64,000 nt of DNA from assembly GCF_009914755.1 (NCBI RefSeq), contig NC_060931.1; one strand, given 5' to 3'. Below the pieces are notes generated by a model. It saw only the letters and a program-made list of their open reading frames with translations. It searched no databases and was not told the origin of the DNA. Each line of letters opens with the position of its first letter. Positions within the stretch are counted from its first letter, which is position 1. Both the position numbers and the translations under genes were made by a program. Shown in pieces: positions 13,523 to 26,800 of the stretch. The stretch comes from the human T2T-CHM13v2.0 reference genome, Homo sapiens.

Positions 13523-15879
13523 TAGATCTAGTATATTGTTGAAGCTTTGGAATGTATTTTGTATTTCATTCGGTGAATCCTTTAGTTCTAGGATTTCTTT
13601 TTTTTTTTTTAATGATACCTATTTGGTAAATTTCTCATTTATAACCTGAATTGTTTTTCTGATTTCTTTATATTATTTTTCAGAATTATCTTTTATCTCA
13701 CTGAACTTATTTAAAATCAGTATTTTGGATTTTTCATCTGGAATTTCAGAATTTCTTTTTGATTATGATCTGTTGGTGGAGAATTACTAACTTCCTTTGG
13801 AGTTATATTTTCTTGTCTTCTCATGTTTCTTTTGTTACATTGATATTTGTGCATTGGGTGTAACAGTTGCTTCTTCCAATTTTTTGGAAATAATTTTGTA
13901 GGGGAGGATCTTTTCCTGAAGATGTACCCATGGTGTTGGTTGGGTAGGGCCCTTTGGCTTTAATTCTGGGTTCATGCAGTAGCATAGTCTTTGTATGATT
14001 CCTTTGGATGTGAATAGTCAGTGGCGTTTGTGATTTCCTCAATGGCTTAGGGTGTGGTTGTTAGTGGGGGCTGCGGAGAAGTTTTGCTGGGTAAAGGAAT
14101 GCCATGTTTGCCAGTCCTCAGACCCCAATGGTGGCAATGCCAGGCCAAGTATGCTTGTCCTTGGTTTCCAGGACAGCACATGCTGGCACTACTGTTAGAA
14201 AGCCCAGGTTGGCCAGTGCTTGGGTTTCCAGGAGTCTTGCTTGGGTGCTAGTAGCAGCAGTGGTGGGCCAGACAGGTGAGTGTGTTCTTGGGCTCTTAGG
14301 CAGTGGGCACGATGTGGGTGATAGTAGCAATGGCTTGACAACCCTGTGCTTTCCAAGTGGTCTACACTGGTGTTAGTGCTGGCTGTGATGTGCTGAGTGG
14401 GTCAGTCAGGCCCACAGGTAGCATGTGCAAGTGGATGCCAGCTGTGTTGGTAGTGGCAGGTTGGGTAGGCCTGACCTTGGGCCCTTGGGAGGAGTGTTGA
14501 GGTACCAATGGTGGACTGGGCTGGGTGATACCCAGGGCCTTGGGTGGTGTGCTCAGACACTGGTGAGAGGGGTTATGGAGCTGGGTAGAGTGGACCTGTC
14601 CTCAGGTCCAGGTGGTGAGTGCAGACTCTGATTGCGGTAGGCAGGTGCAGGATGATGCCCAGGTTTCCAGTGGAATGCTTGAGTGGGGGTGGCAGTGGTT
14701 GCTTTGCAGCCCTGTCACTGGGGAGGGTGAGGTTGCTTTCACTGGCAGCAGATGTGTGGAGGTGGCTGGTGAACATGTACTTTGCTCTTACATTTGCTCC
14801 AGTGGAGGCAGTTTGCAAGGGCAGCAGCTGCAGGTGGGAAAGTTTGTCCTTTGGGTGTGTGAAAATGTGCAGCAGCTTTGCTGCTTAGGGCAGCGGGGTC
14901 ACTGTAAATGGCTCACACTTTGACACTGGTGGCAGCAGCAGCTAGCATTGCCTCAGGTTCTGGGTTGGGTAGCCCTCCCTTGGGTCATGTGAAGATGCAT
15001 GGCTACCCTTCTGCTGGTGGGGTTGGGGTTCCTGCCAGTGGCTTGCAGTTTGGCCTCAGGTGTGGCAGCAGCTAGTGACAATGGTGGTTGTGGGATGGGG
15101 TAGCCTTTCCTCTGGGTCCGTGAAAATGCATGGTTGCCCTTCTTGGGCGTAGAGTGGCTGCCAGTGGCTTGTGTTTTGATTCTGTGGCAGCAGCAGCCAG
15201 TAGTGGTGGTGGCTGCAAGCAGGATAGCATTTCCTCAGGGCCATCAAGATGTATGGCTGTTCCTCTGCCGTAGGGAACAGGGTTGCTGCCAGTGGCTCCT
15301 ACCTCTTCGCGGGTACTTGCAGCCAGCTGCAGTGGTGGCTGTGGGCAGGAGATGTCAGCTTTGCTCCAGGGTTGTGGAGTTGTAGGGGATGTTGGGCCCT
15401 AGACCATGATGCAGTCTACTTGGGGCTGGGCACACAAAATGGCAGCATGCTGTAGTTGCTTAGGATTGGGGGGTGGGTGTATGGGACCCAACATGAGCTC
15501 CCTGTATGGAGCAATATACTTGTGTAGTCTCTGGGCAGCTCTCTGTGTCTCAGAGCACATGAGGATCAAAGGTCCCTTTCGTGGCTAGAATTGCAGGAGT
15601 TTGCAGTGAGAATATGGGCCACTGGGGTCTCTCATTTACCCCTTCTATGCATTGAGGAGCCTGTCCAGGCTCCCAGCCAAGAAGGCTGCTTCTCTTCTTT
15701 CTCCTTCCTTCCTTTATGTGTTTCCTGTCACTTCTCTGTTGAAGTCCCATTTCTCTCTTAGATGATCTATTTGAAGTGTGATTATCTACTTGCTATTTTG
15801 GCTCTTTTCTCAGAGGGAGGCAAATAACAGTGGCCTCTAGTGAGTCATCTTGAAGCCCCTGTCTGAAATAATGTAATCT

Positions 15880-16344
15880 AACAAACACGTTTTTGTGTGT
15901 TATATTTATTGTATACTGTATCTTTACAATTAAGTAATCTAGAGAAGGGAAAATATTATTAAGAAAATCATAAGGAAGAAGAAATGTATTTACGTTTTAT
16001 TAAGTCTTAATCCTCATTGTCTTCATGTTGAGTAGGCTGAGGAGGAAGAGCATGGGTTGGTCTTGTCTCACAGGTGACAGAGATGGAAGAGGTGGAGGGA
16101 TAAATAAGTTAAATAATTTTAACTTAATATTATTTAATTTTAAAATAAGTTAAAATTATTTAACTTACTAACTTATTTAAAAATAAGTTAAAATTATTTT
16201 AAAATAAATTAAACTTTTTACTTTTTTTTCTCAATAAGTTATACAAGGTGTACCAGGCAGGCACACCTTGTGTAACTTTTTGAGAAAAATCTGTTTGTAA
16301 GTGGATCTGTGCAGTTCAAACCTGTGTTGTTCAGGCATCAACTA
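15880..16344 (-). mobile_element. Tigger2a fragment interrupted by an AT-rich palindromic insert
   Basis: reverse complement of the element at 17741-18232; TIR GTTGTTCAGGCATCAACTAT. Confidence 0.8.
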
Positions 16345-16631
16345 TGTTTCTTTTCATACATTGTTGGATTCAGTTTTCTAATTTTTTGGAGGGTTTTTAC
16401 ATATATGTTCGTGACATATATTGGTTTGTGGCTTTCTTTTTGTGTAATGTTGTTTTCTGATTTCAGTATTAGGGTGATGCTGGCCTCATGGAATGAGTTT
16501 GGAAGTATTTCCTCTGCTTCTATTCAATGACTGAGAATTGGTATAGTTTTTTCCTTAAATGTTTGGTAGAATTTACCAGTGAACTTATATAGGCCTGACA
16601 TTTTCTGTTTTGGAAGGTTATTAATGGTTGA

Positions 16632-16970
<339 letters not shown>

Positions 16971-17740
16971 TGTTCAGATTATTTTTGTGTGAGCTTTGGC
17001 AGATTACGTCTTTCAAAGAATTAGTTCATTTAATCTAGGTTATCAAATTTGTGGGACTTGAGTTGTTCATAATATTTTTAAGTTTTAATTTCCATTGGAT
17101 CTGTACTGATGCCCTCTCTTTCATTTCTGATACTGGCAATTTGTGTCCTCTGTCTTTTTTTCCTTTATTAGCCTGGTTATAGTGTTACCAATTTTATTCA
17201 TCTTTTCAAAGTATCAACTTTTGGTTTTGCTGGTTTTTCTCTCCTGATTTCCTGTTTTCAAATTGATTGATTTATACTTTCCTATTTTTGCATATTAAGA
17301 TTTAATTTGCTAAAGGAGATTTAATTTCCTAAGAAGCAAACTTAGATTATTAATATTAGTTTCTTTTCACTTCTAATATATACGCATTTCAATGCTGTAA
17401 ATTTTTGTCAATGCACTGCCTGTGCTGCATTCTACAAATTTTGGTAAGTTGTATTTTTATCTTGAAAGTATTTTTAAATTTGTCATGAGATTTCTTCTTT
17501 GACTCATGTGTTATTAGTAATGTTGGTTAATCCTTACATGTTTTGAGATTTTTTTCAATTATCTTTCTGTTATTGATTTTTAGCTTATTCTACTGTGGCC
17601 TGAGAGCAGACATTGTACGGTTTCTATTCTTTTAACTCTGTTAAGGTGTGTTTTATGGCCCAGAATGTGGTGGCGTATTTTGGTGAATCTTCCATGTGAT
17701 CTTGACAGGAATGTATATTCTGCTGTTATTGGATGAAGCA

Positions 17741-18232
17741 TAGTTCACCCTTGAACATGAGTTTGAACTACATGGGTCCACTTATATGTGGATATTTTAA
17801 ATAAAAGTTACATCAGTTATGCCTGCCTCTCCAGCCTCCCCTTCCACTTCTTCCCTCTCTGCCATCGGTGAGATAGGAATACCAACCTCTCCTCTTCCTC
17901 CCTGTCCTCAGCCTGCTCAATGTGAAGATGAGGGAGGATGAAGACCTTAATGATGATCCACTTCCATTTAATGAATAGTAAATATATCTTCTCTTTATGC
18001 TTTTCCTAATAACATTTTCTTTTTTTTGGCTTACTTTACTGTGAGAATACAGTATATAATACATATAACATACAGAATACTTGCTAACTGATGGCTTGTC
18101 TTATCAATAAAGCTTCTGGTCAACAGTAGGCTATTAGTAATTAGCTTTCTGTGGAATCTAAAGTTATACATAAATTTTCAAGACTGTTGGGGGTTGGCAC
18201 CCCTAACACTTGCTTTGTTCAAGAGTCAGCTG
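17741..18232 (+). mobile_element. Tigger2a, complete MITE
   Basis: TIRs (T)AGTTCACCCTTGAACA and TGTTCAAGAGTCAGCTG followed by TA. Confidence 0.88.
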
Positions 18233-18624
18233 TAGTCTGTAGATGTTAATTATCAACTGTACACTATAGATGTTAATTATATCCAATTTATTGGTGTTGA
18301 GTTCAAATGTATCTTTACTGATTTTTCCATGCTAGATCTGTCCACCTCTGATAGAGGGATGTTGAAGTCATTTTTGATTTCCGTTACAGTGTTTTGATAT
18401 CTAACATTTCTTTTTGGTTCATTCTTAGGATTTCCATCTCTTTGCTTACATTGCCCGTCTGTTGTTACTACATGCTATCTACTTTCTCCATTATGATGCG
18501 TAGCATATTAATCATAATTGTTTTAAATTCATTGTCTGATAATTCCAACATCCCGTCTACATCTGGTTCTGAATGTTTTCTTTCTTCAAACTGTAGTTTT
18601 TGCCCTAGAGTATGCCTTGTAATT

Positions 18625-18955
18625 TTTTCTTTTCTTTTCTTTTCTTGTTTTTTTTTTTTTTTTGAGACAGGGTCTTGCCCTGTTGTCTAGTCTGGAATGC
18701 AGTGGCGTGATCTTGGCTCACTGCAACCTCCACCTCCCGGACTCAAGTGATCCTCCCACCTCAGCCTCCTGAGTAACTGGGACTACAGGTGTGCACCACC
18801 ATGCCTGGCTAATTTTTGCTTTTTTTTTTTTTTTGGGGGTAGAGACCATTTTGTCTTGTTGCCCAGGCTGGTCTTGAACTCCTGGGCTCAAGCAGTTGAC
18901 CCACTTCAGCCTCCCAAAGTGCTGGAATTATAGGCATTAGCCACTGTGCCTAGCT
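18625..18955 (-). mobile_element. AluJ
   Basis: J diagnostics; TSD TGTAATTTTTTCTT. Confidence 0.9.
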
Positions 18956-20042
18956 GTAATTTTTTCTTGATAACTGTATATGATATATCAGGTAAAAAAG
19001 CAATTGGTTTAAATATGTCTTTAATAATGTAATTGTAAGATGTACGCGGGAGTGATGTGTTGTATAGTCCTGTGATTAGGTCTCAGTCTTTTTGTGAGTC
19101 TATGTCTCTGGCCCATGAATTCACAAGCATTTCTCAATTTTTTCCTCCCCCTTTAGGTGGGATAGGATGGCTAGAGTAGGATGGAATTGGGTATTTACCT
19201 CCTCCCATGTGGAAGGATAGAGCTGGCTGGAGTTGGATATTTCCATCCCCCAGGTCAGTTAGGCTTTGATGAAACCTCAGCAGGTTAGGCTCTGCTTAAC
19301 TGGTTTCTTTTCAGGGTAGATCTTATTAAGAAGTACAGAGTGCTCTGGGATATTTCAGAATGGTTTGTTTCCCCCCCCGCCACTGCTGGAAACATGAGGG
19401 GATTTTACTGCGATGATATGTATGATACTGTATTTACTGTGAGAACCTGATCTAGCTCCTGGAGGTAAAATTCACAAAAGCATGGGGGCCCCCATGACTG
19501 GATGCCCCTGGAGCTTTCAACTCTCAGTCGTGCCCACACCTAGTTTCCAGCAGTTTGTCAGCAGTCCAGGTTTTCCTATCTAGGCACTGCTTCCTGTAGA
19601 AATTTCTGTTCCAGTATGTTGTGATTCTCTGTATCCCTGTCTGTCTGTTTAATTTTAGGAGTAGCAGTTTTTCCAGTGACCCTACCTATCTCACCTTTTC
19701 TTACAGATCTGAGAAAAGTTGTTGATTTCCACTTTGTTCAGCTTTTTAATATGTGTTAGGATGGCATAGTGACTTCCAGGCTCCTTACATGTGAAACCAA
19801 AACCTGAAGTCCCCATATTATTGTTTTAAATCTTTTGTTCTTTTGTAATATACTTTTAGAGATAAAGATTTCTTTCTAAGCATTGCTTTATTTACAAACC
19901 ACAAATTTTGATATGTTTTGTTTATTATTTAGTGAAGCATATTTACAACATTTCCTCGTGAATCCTAGTTTGAACCATGAGCTACTTAGAAGCATGTTGC
20001 TTAATTTCCACAAATTTGAAGATTTCCCCAATATACATTTTA

Positions 20043-20670
20043 TTTTTTTCTTGGTACATAGTATTTGTATATGTTTACTGGTGTATGTGTGATATTTTGT
20101 CATATGCCTAGAATGTGTAATGATCAAGTGTAGGTATTTAGGATATCGATCACCTCAAGGATTTATCATTTCTGTGTGTTGGGAACATTTCAAGACCTCT
20201 CTTCTAGCTATTTTGAAATATACAATACATCATTAACTGTAGTCATCTGCTATCAAACATTAGAACTTATCCCTTCTATCTAACTGCGTGTTTGTACTTA
20301 TTAACCAAACTTTCTTTATTCTTCTATCCCTACCACATCCTTCCTAGCCTCTGGTATCTATCATTCCACTCTCTACCTCCATGAGATCAACTTTTTTTAG
20401 CTCCTACATATTAACAAGAATGTAAAATATTTTCTTTCTGTGCCTGGCTTATTTCACTTAATAGAATGACATCCAGTTCCATCCATGTTGCTGCAAATGA
20501 CAGGATTTCATTCTTTTTTTATGGCTGAATAGTATCCCATTGTATATACTGCATTTTCTTGATCCACTGATGGACACTTAGGTTGATTCCATGTCTTTGA
20601 TGTTGTGATAGTGCTGCAGTAAACTTAGGAGTGCATGTTAATTCCTTTCTTTTGGATAAATACTCAGTGG
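20043..20670 (-). mobile_element. L1MA 3' end
   Basis: CTATTTTGAAATATACAATAC...CATCCATGTTGCTGCAAATGACAGGATTTC. Confidence 0.8.
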
Positions 20671-21204
20671 TTCCTGCAATATATTTTGTTACTGATTTCT
20701 AATTTAATTTTATTGGTATCAGAGAGCATACTCTGAATGGTTTCAGTCCTTTTAAGTTGATTGACATTTGTTTCATTACCCAGCATATGGTCTGCCTGGA
20801 AATGTTTCATGCATTTTTAAAAGTTATGTGTATCCTATAGCTGTTGGGTGAAGTGTTTTATAAATATTAGGCTGAATTGGTTGATAGTGGACTTCAAGTC
20901 TTTTAGACCCTGACAGATTCTTTCTCTACTTATTCAATCAACTACTGAGAGAGAAGTACTGAAATCTAAATATTATTGTAGTTTTGTCTGTTTTATTCCC
21001 TTTTGTTCTATTAGATTTTGTGATTTTTTTAAAAAAAGTTCTGTTATTATGCAAATATACATTTAGAATTGTTGGATCTTTTTGATGAATTGACCCATTT
21101 ATCTTTATGAAATGTCTCTCTTTATTGCTTAGAAAATACTCCCTGTGCCAAAGGGAGTTGTTGCTTGACATTAATACAGGCATATTTGCATATAGTATTT
21201 TTAT

Positions 21205-21467
21205 TCGAAGTTCCTAGAGCAGTCAAATCTGTAGGGACCCAAAGTTGAATGGTGGTTTCTGGGGGCTTGGGGGGGGGGGAGGGGAGATAGGGAGTAGTGT
21301 TTGAGAGATAGAGTTTTAATTAGGAAAGATGAAAAAGTTCTGGAGATGGATGGTGCTGATGATTGCACAACAATATGAATGTACCTAATGCAACAGAACT
21401 ATACATTTTAAAATGGTTAAAATGATAAATTTTATGTTATGTATATTTTACCACAATTTAAAAAAAG
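21205..21467 (+). mobile_element. L1MB 3' end
   Basis: GATGAAAAAGTTCTGGAGATGGATGGT...ATATTTTACCACAATTTAAAAAA. Confidence 0.82.
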
Positions 21468-21653
21468 ACATAGCACCAAAAAAAGATGATGAATGAATAA
21501 ATTCCAAAAAGCTGTGCCAGGAGTGATAATGTATAGTTTGTTTAGAATCATTGAAGCCTTCATTCTTTATTTAATTGAAGCAGTTAAAAATAAATATTAA
21601 TTTGAAATAAAAATCAGCAGCTAGATTCTATTATATTTTATTCAAATTTGGAA

Positions 21654-21943
21654 TTTTTTTTTTTTTTTTTGAGACAGAGTCTGGCTTTGTTGCCCAGGCT
21701 GGAGTGCTGTGGCACAATCTCGCCTCGCTGCAACCTCTGCCTCCCTAACTCAAGCCATCCTCTCACCTTAGCCTCCTAAGTAGCTAAGCTACAGGCATGC
21801 ACCACCACACCCATGTATTTTTTCGTAGAGACGGGGTTTTGCCACATTGTCCAGGCTGGTCTCAAACTTCTGAGCTCAAACCATCTGTCCTCCTTGGCCT
21901 CCCAAAGTGTTGGAATTACAGGCATGAGCCACTGTGCCCAGCC
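21654..21943 (-). mobile_element. AluJ, about 75 bp upstream of the 22020 acceptor
   Basis: dimer with poly-T. Confidence 0.9.
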
Positions 21944-22019
21944 AAAAATTATTTAAATTATAGCAGAAATACAGTTTCCTATTTGGGTCTCACGAGAATG
22001 TGTTTATTCTTTGTTTCAG

Positions 22020-22135
22020 CAAGAGAAGGCAGCTGCTGTGGATTTGACTAACCACTTAGAATACACTCTGAAGACCTATATAGATACCAGAATGAAAAAT
22101 CTGGCAGCTAAGATGGAAATACTGAAAGAAATGAG
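22020..22135 (+). CDS. STK31: STK31 exon (~9, 116 nt): QEKAAAVDLTNHLEYTLK...EILKEMR
   Basis: ttgtttcag acceptor, AG|gtaggt donor; open frame; not in the ORF track. Confidence 0.95.
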
Positions 22136-22456
22136 GTAGGTAAAAGCATATTTTTCAGAAGGATATTTTAAACTAATTTTTAATCAATTGGTGCTTTGTT
22201 TAAATTGTGTGCTTGCCATTTTTGCTTTAAAATTTAACCTTTGTATTTTTATGACTTCAAAGAGAGAAAGATAGTTATTTCTGAGATGAATTTTATACTG
22301 TTTTTGTCAGGTTTCTACTGTCACTGCTTGGAGCTAGAGTGTTCTAAGGTTATAACTGAGACTGAAATTGAAAAAACAGCAACATAGCTTTTAAGTGATA
22401 GTTTGATGGGAAACTACCATATCCAGTTATTTTGCTTGGGGTTATTTTCAGGAGTA

Positions 22457-23243
22457 CAGCATGTCCTTGAATAACGTGTTTTCATTCAACATTATTTCAT
22501 TATAACATTGAAGAAGAAAATCAATTCCTAGCTGGAGCCCCACTGTCTGTGTGGAGTTTGCACATTCTCTCCATATTTGGGTGGTTTTCTTGGAATACTG
22601 TGGTTTCCTCTCACATCCCACTTAGGTGAATTGGTGTGTCTGTATTGTCCCAGTATGAGTGAGTGTGTGGATGAGGGTGAGTGTGCCCTGCAATGCAAGG
22701 GTGTCATGTCCAGGATTGGTTCCTACCTTAATGCTCTGAGCTGCTGAGATAGATGTGGCCACCTGCAACCCCTGGATTGGAATAAGCGGGTTGGAAAATG
22801 AATGAGTGAATGAGTATATACAGATTATCATAAAATAAAAATTTGTGAAGTATGCAAGAATCATACAGATGCCTTTGCAATAAGCGATGTGACATGAAAG
22901 CATTCAGCAAGCCCACTACGTTTGTTATTGTTTGTTTTTGAACCTGTGGTGGTAGGGGGCGCTTCTTAGAATTTTCGCTTGCAAACATTTATTCCTTGAT
23001 TTAACCCTACTGTCACCCACTCATTCACCAAAGTTTGGGTAAATAATTATCTTTGTTGTTTTTATTGCTTTTTCTTAAATGTGTGTATAGGACACGTATA
23101 TTTTAGTGTTTAATATTAGAAATGTTTTGGGTCTTTATTTGGAAGTGCTGTTTTTGTGACTAAAAATATGCCATAGGAACTTAACTCTTGTTTAGATCAA
23201 TTAGCCTATGATACTATGGGTTTCTTATATGTCTTTTCTCTTA
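22457..23243 (+). mobile_element. MER6 DNA transposon, 3' end truncated
   Basis: TA|CAGCATGTCCTTGAATAACG start; CTGTCTGTGTGGAGTTTGCACATTCTC core; GGAACTTAACTCTTG. Confidence 0.88.
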
Positions 23244-23617
23244 GACATTGTAAATTATCTGTAGACCAAAAATTGAAGGTTCATTTGATACCATTTCAAA
23301 TTCTGCAGACTTTCGAAGTTGCCTTTTTTATAGTTTAAAAAATTTTTAATTTTTTCATATTTTTTATGTCATGAAATTAGTATATCCACAGTTGTTTTTT
23401 AATTAAAAGTTTATATTAAATTATGCATGTCTGCATAAAAATATGTGGACTGAAAAAAATAAGTTATACATGATTTTATATAAAGTTTTAAAAGGTACCC
23501 CTTCAAAGCCAGTGCTGTAAACACTAACTTTTAGACCATTACTATTAAAGTGTAACTTTTTCTCACACCAGCTTTCTAATTTATTGATCTTCTTCTTTTT
23601 GATGTTTTTAAAAATAG

Positions 23618-23777
23618 GCATGTCGACATCAGTGTCCGTTTCGGAAAAGACCTTTCAGATGCTATACAAGTGTTGGATGAAGGGTGCTTTACTACTCCAG
23701 CTTCTTTGAATGGATTAGAGATAATATGGGCAGAATACAGTCTGGCTCAGGAGAATATTAAAACTTGTGAATATGTG
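23618..23777 (+). CDS. STK31: STK31 exon (~10, 160 nt): HVDISVRFGKDLSDAIQVLDEG...IKTCEYV
   Basis: aaaatag acceptor, GTG|gtgagt donor; AG+G=Arg joins in frame. Confidence 0.95.
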
Positions 23778-23834
23778 GTGAGTTGGGAATTTTTCTCTAT
23801 TGTGGTTTTTATCTGTTGAACATAAGGAAGTGTT

Positions 23835-26800
23835 TTTTTAATTTCTTCTAAAAAAAATAACAGGATACATGTGCAGAATGTGCAGATTTGTTACATAGGT
23901 ATACATGCGCCGTGGTAGTTTGCTGCACCTGTCCTCTAAATTCCCTCCCTCACCCCCCCATTTCCTAACGAGCCCTGGTGTGTATTGTTTCCCTCTCTGT
24001 GTCCATGTGTTCTCAATGTTCAACTCCCACTTACGAGTGAGAACATGTAGTGTTTGGTTTTCTATTCTTGTGTTAGTTTGCCGAAGATGATGGCTTCCAG
24101 CTTCATCCATGTCGTTGCAAAGGACATAAACTCGTTCCTTTTTATGGCTGCATAGTATTCCATGGTGTATATGTACCACATTTTCTTTATCCAGTCTATC
24201 GTTGATGGGCATTTGGGTTGGTTCCAAGTCTTTGCCATTGTGAACAGTGCTGCAGTAAACATACGTGTGCATGTGTCTTTATAGTAGAATGATTTATATT
24301 CCTTTGGGTATATACCCAGTAATGATATTGCTGGGTCAAATGGTATTTCTGGTTCTAGATCCTTGAGGAATCGCCATATCGTCTTCCACAATGGTTGAAC
24401 TAATTTACGTTCCCACCAACACTGTGAAAGTGTTCCTGTTTCTCCACATCCTCTCCAGCATCTATTGTTTCCTGACTTTAATGATCGTCATTCTAACTGG
24501 TATGAGATGGTATCTTCTTGTGGTTTTGATTTGCATTTCTCTGATGATTAGTGATGTTGAGCTTTTTTTCATATGTTTGTTGGCCACATAAATGTCTTCT
24601 TTTGAGAAGTGCCTCTTCATATCCTTTGCCCACTTTTTGATGGGGTTGTCTTTTTCCTGTAAATATGTTTAAGTTCTTTGTAGATTCTGGATATTAGATC
24701 TTTGTCAGATGGGTAGATTGCAAAAATTTTCTTCTGTTCAGGAGAACAGGTTGCCTGTTCACTGTGATGATAGTTTCTTTTGCTGTGCAGAAGCTCTTTA
24801 GTTTAATTAGATCCCATTTGTCAATTTTGACTTTTGTTGCATTTGCTTTTGTTGTTTTTGTCAAGAAGTCTTTGCCCATGCCTATGTCCTGAACGCTATT
24901 GCCTGGGTTTTCTTCTAGGGTTTTTATAGTTTTAGGTTTTACATTTAAGTCTTTAATCCATCTAGAGTTAATTTTTGTGTAAAGTGTAAGGAAGGGGTTC
25001 AGTTTCAGTTTTCTGCATATGTCTAGTTTTCCCAGCACCATTTACTGAATAGGAGATGCTTTCCCAATTGCTTGTTTTTGTCAGGTTTGTCGAAGATCAG
25101 ATGGTTTTAGATGTGTGATGTTATTTCTGAGGTTTCTGTTCTGCTCCATTGGTCTATATGTCTGTTTTGGTACCAGTAGCATGCTGTTTTGGTTACTGTA
25201 GCCTTGTAGTATAGTTTGAAGTCAGGTAGCATCATGCCTCCAGCATTGTTCCTTTTGCTTAGGATTATCTTGGCTATATGGGGTCTTCTTTGAATCCATA
25301 TGAAATTTAAAATAGTTTTTTCTAATTCTGTGAAGAATGTCAATGGTAGCTTGATGGGAATAGCATTGGTTCTATAAAATTTTTTGGCCAGTATAGCCAT
25401 TTTCATGATATTGAGTCTTCCTATCCATGAGGATGGAATATTTTTCCATTTGTTTGTGTCCTCTCTTATTTCCTTGAGCAGTGGTTTGTAGTTCTTCTTG
25501 AAGAGGTCCTTCACATCCCTTATTAGCTGTATTCCTAGGTATTTTATTCTGTTTGTAGCAATTGTGAATGGGAGTTCATTCATGATTTGGCTCTTTGCTT
25601 GCCTCTTGTTGGTGTGTAGGAATGCTTGTGATTTTTGCACATTTATTTTGTATCCTGAGACTTTGCTGCAGTTGCCTATCAGTTCAAGACGTTTTTGGGG
25701 TGAGACGATGGGGATTTCTAAATATAAAATCATGTCGTCTGCAAACAGACAACTTGTCTTCCTCTCTTCCTATTTGAATACCCTTTATTTCTTTCTCTTG
25801 CCTGATTGCCCTGTCGAGAACTTCCAATACTGTGGTGAATAGGAGTGGTGAGAGAGGGAATCGTTGTCTTGTACCAGTTTTCAAAGGGAATGCTTCCAGC
25901 ATTTGCCCATTCAATTTGAGGCTGTGGGTTTGTCATAAATAACTGTTACTATTTTGAGATATGTTCCGTCAATACTTAGTTTACTGAGAGTTTTTAACAT
26001 GAAGGCATGTTGAATTTTATCGAAGCCCTTTCTGCATCTATTGAGATAGTCACGTGGTTTTTGTCATTGGTTCTGTTTATGTGATGGATTACGTTTATTG
26101 ATTTGCGTATGTTGAACCAGCCTTGCGTCCCAGGGATGAAGTGGACTTGATCGTGGTGGGTAAGTTTTTTGATGTGCTGCGGGATTCGGTTTGTCAGTAT
26201 TTTATTGAGGATTTTCGCATCGATGTTCATCAGGGATATTGGCCTGAAGTTTTCTTTTTTTGTTGTGTCTTTTCCGGGTTTGGGTATCAGGATAATGCTG
26301 GCTTCATAAAATGAGTTAGGGAGGAGTCCGTCCTTTTCAATTGTTGGGAATAGTTTCAAAAGGAATGGTATCAGCTGTTCTTTGTATTTCTGGTAGAATT
26401 CGGCTGTGAATCTGTCTGGTCCTGGGCTTTTTTTGGTCGGTAGGCTGTTAATTACTACCTCAATTTCAGAGTTTTTGTTATTGGTCTATTCAGGGATTCA
26501 GCTTCTTCCAGAAGGGGTGGCCAGCCCCTGCACACCTGTGGGCGTTTCTCGTCAGGTGGAACGAGAGACTTGAGAAAAGAAAGAGACACAGAGACAAAGT
26601 ATAGAGAAAGAAAAGTGGGCCCAAGGGACCGGCGCTCAGCATGTGGAGGACCCGCGCCCGCCGGCAAAGGTCTCTGAGTTCCCTCAGTATTTATTGATCA
26701 TTATCTCTACCATCTCGGAGAGGGGGATGTGGCAGGACAATAGGGTAATAGTGGGGAGAGAGTCAGCAGGAAAACATGTGAACAAATGTCTCTGTGTCAT

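Noticed and set aside
13990-15860. GC-richer block with many overlapping ORFs, possible promoter or gene
   Set aside because: CpG-depleted and ends in an L1 5' terminus motif; best explained as an old L1 5' UTR
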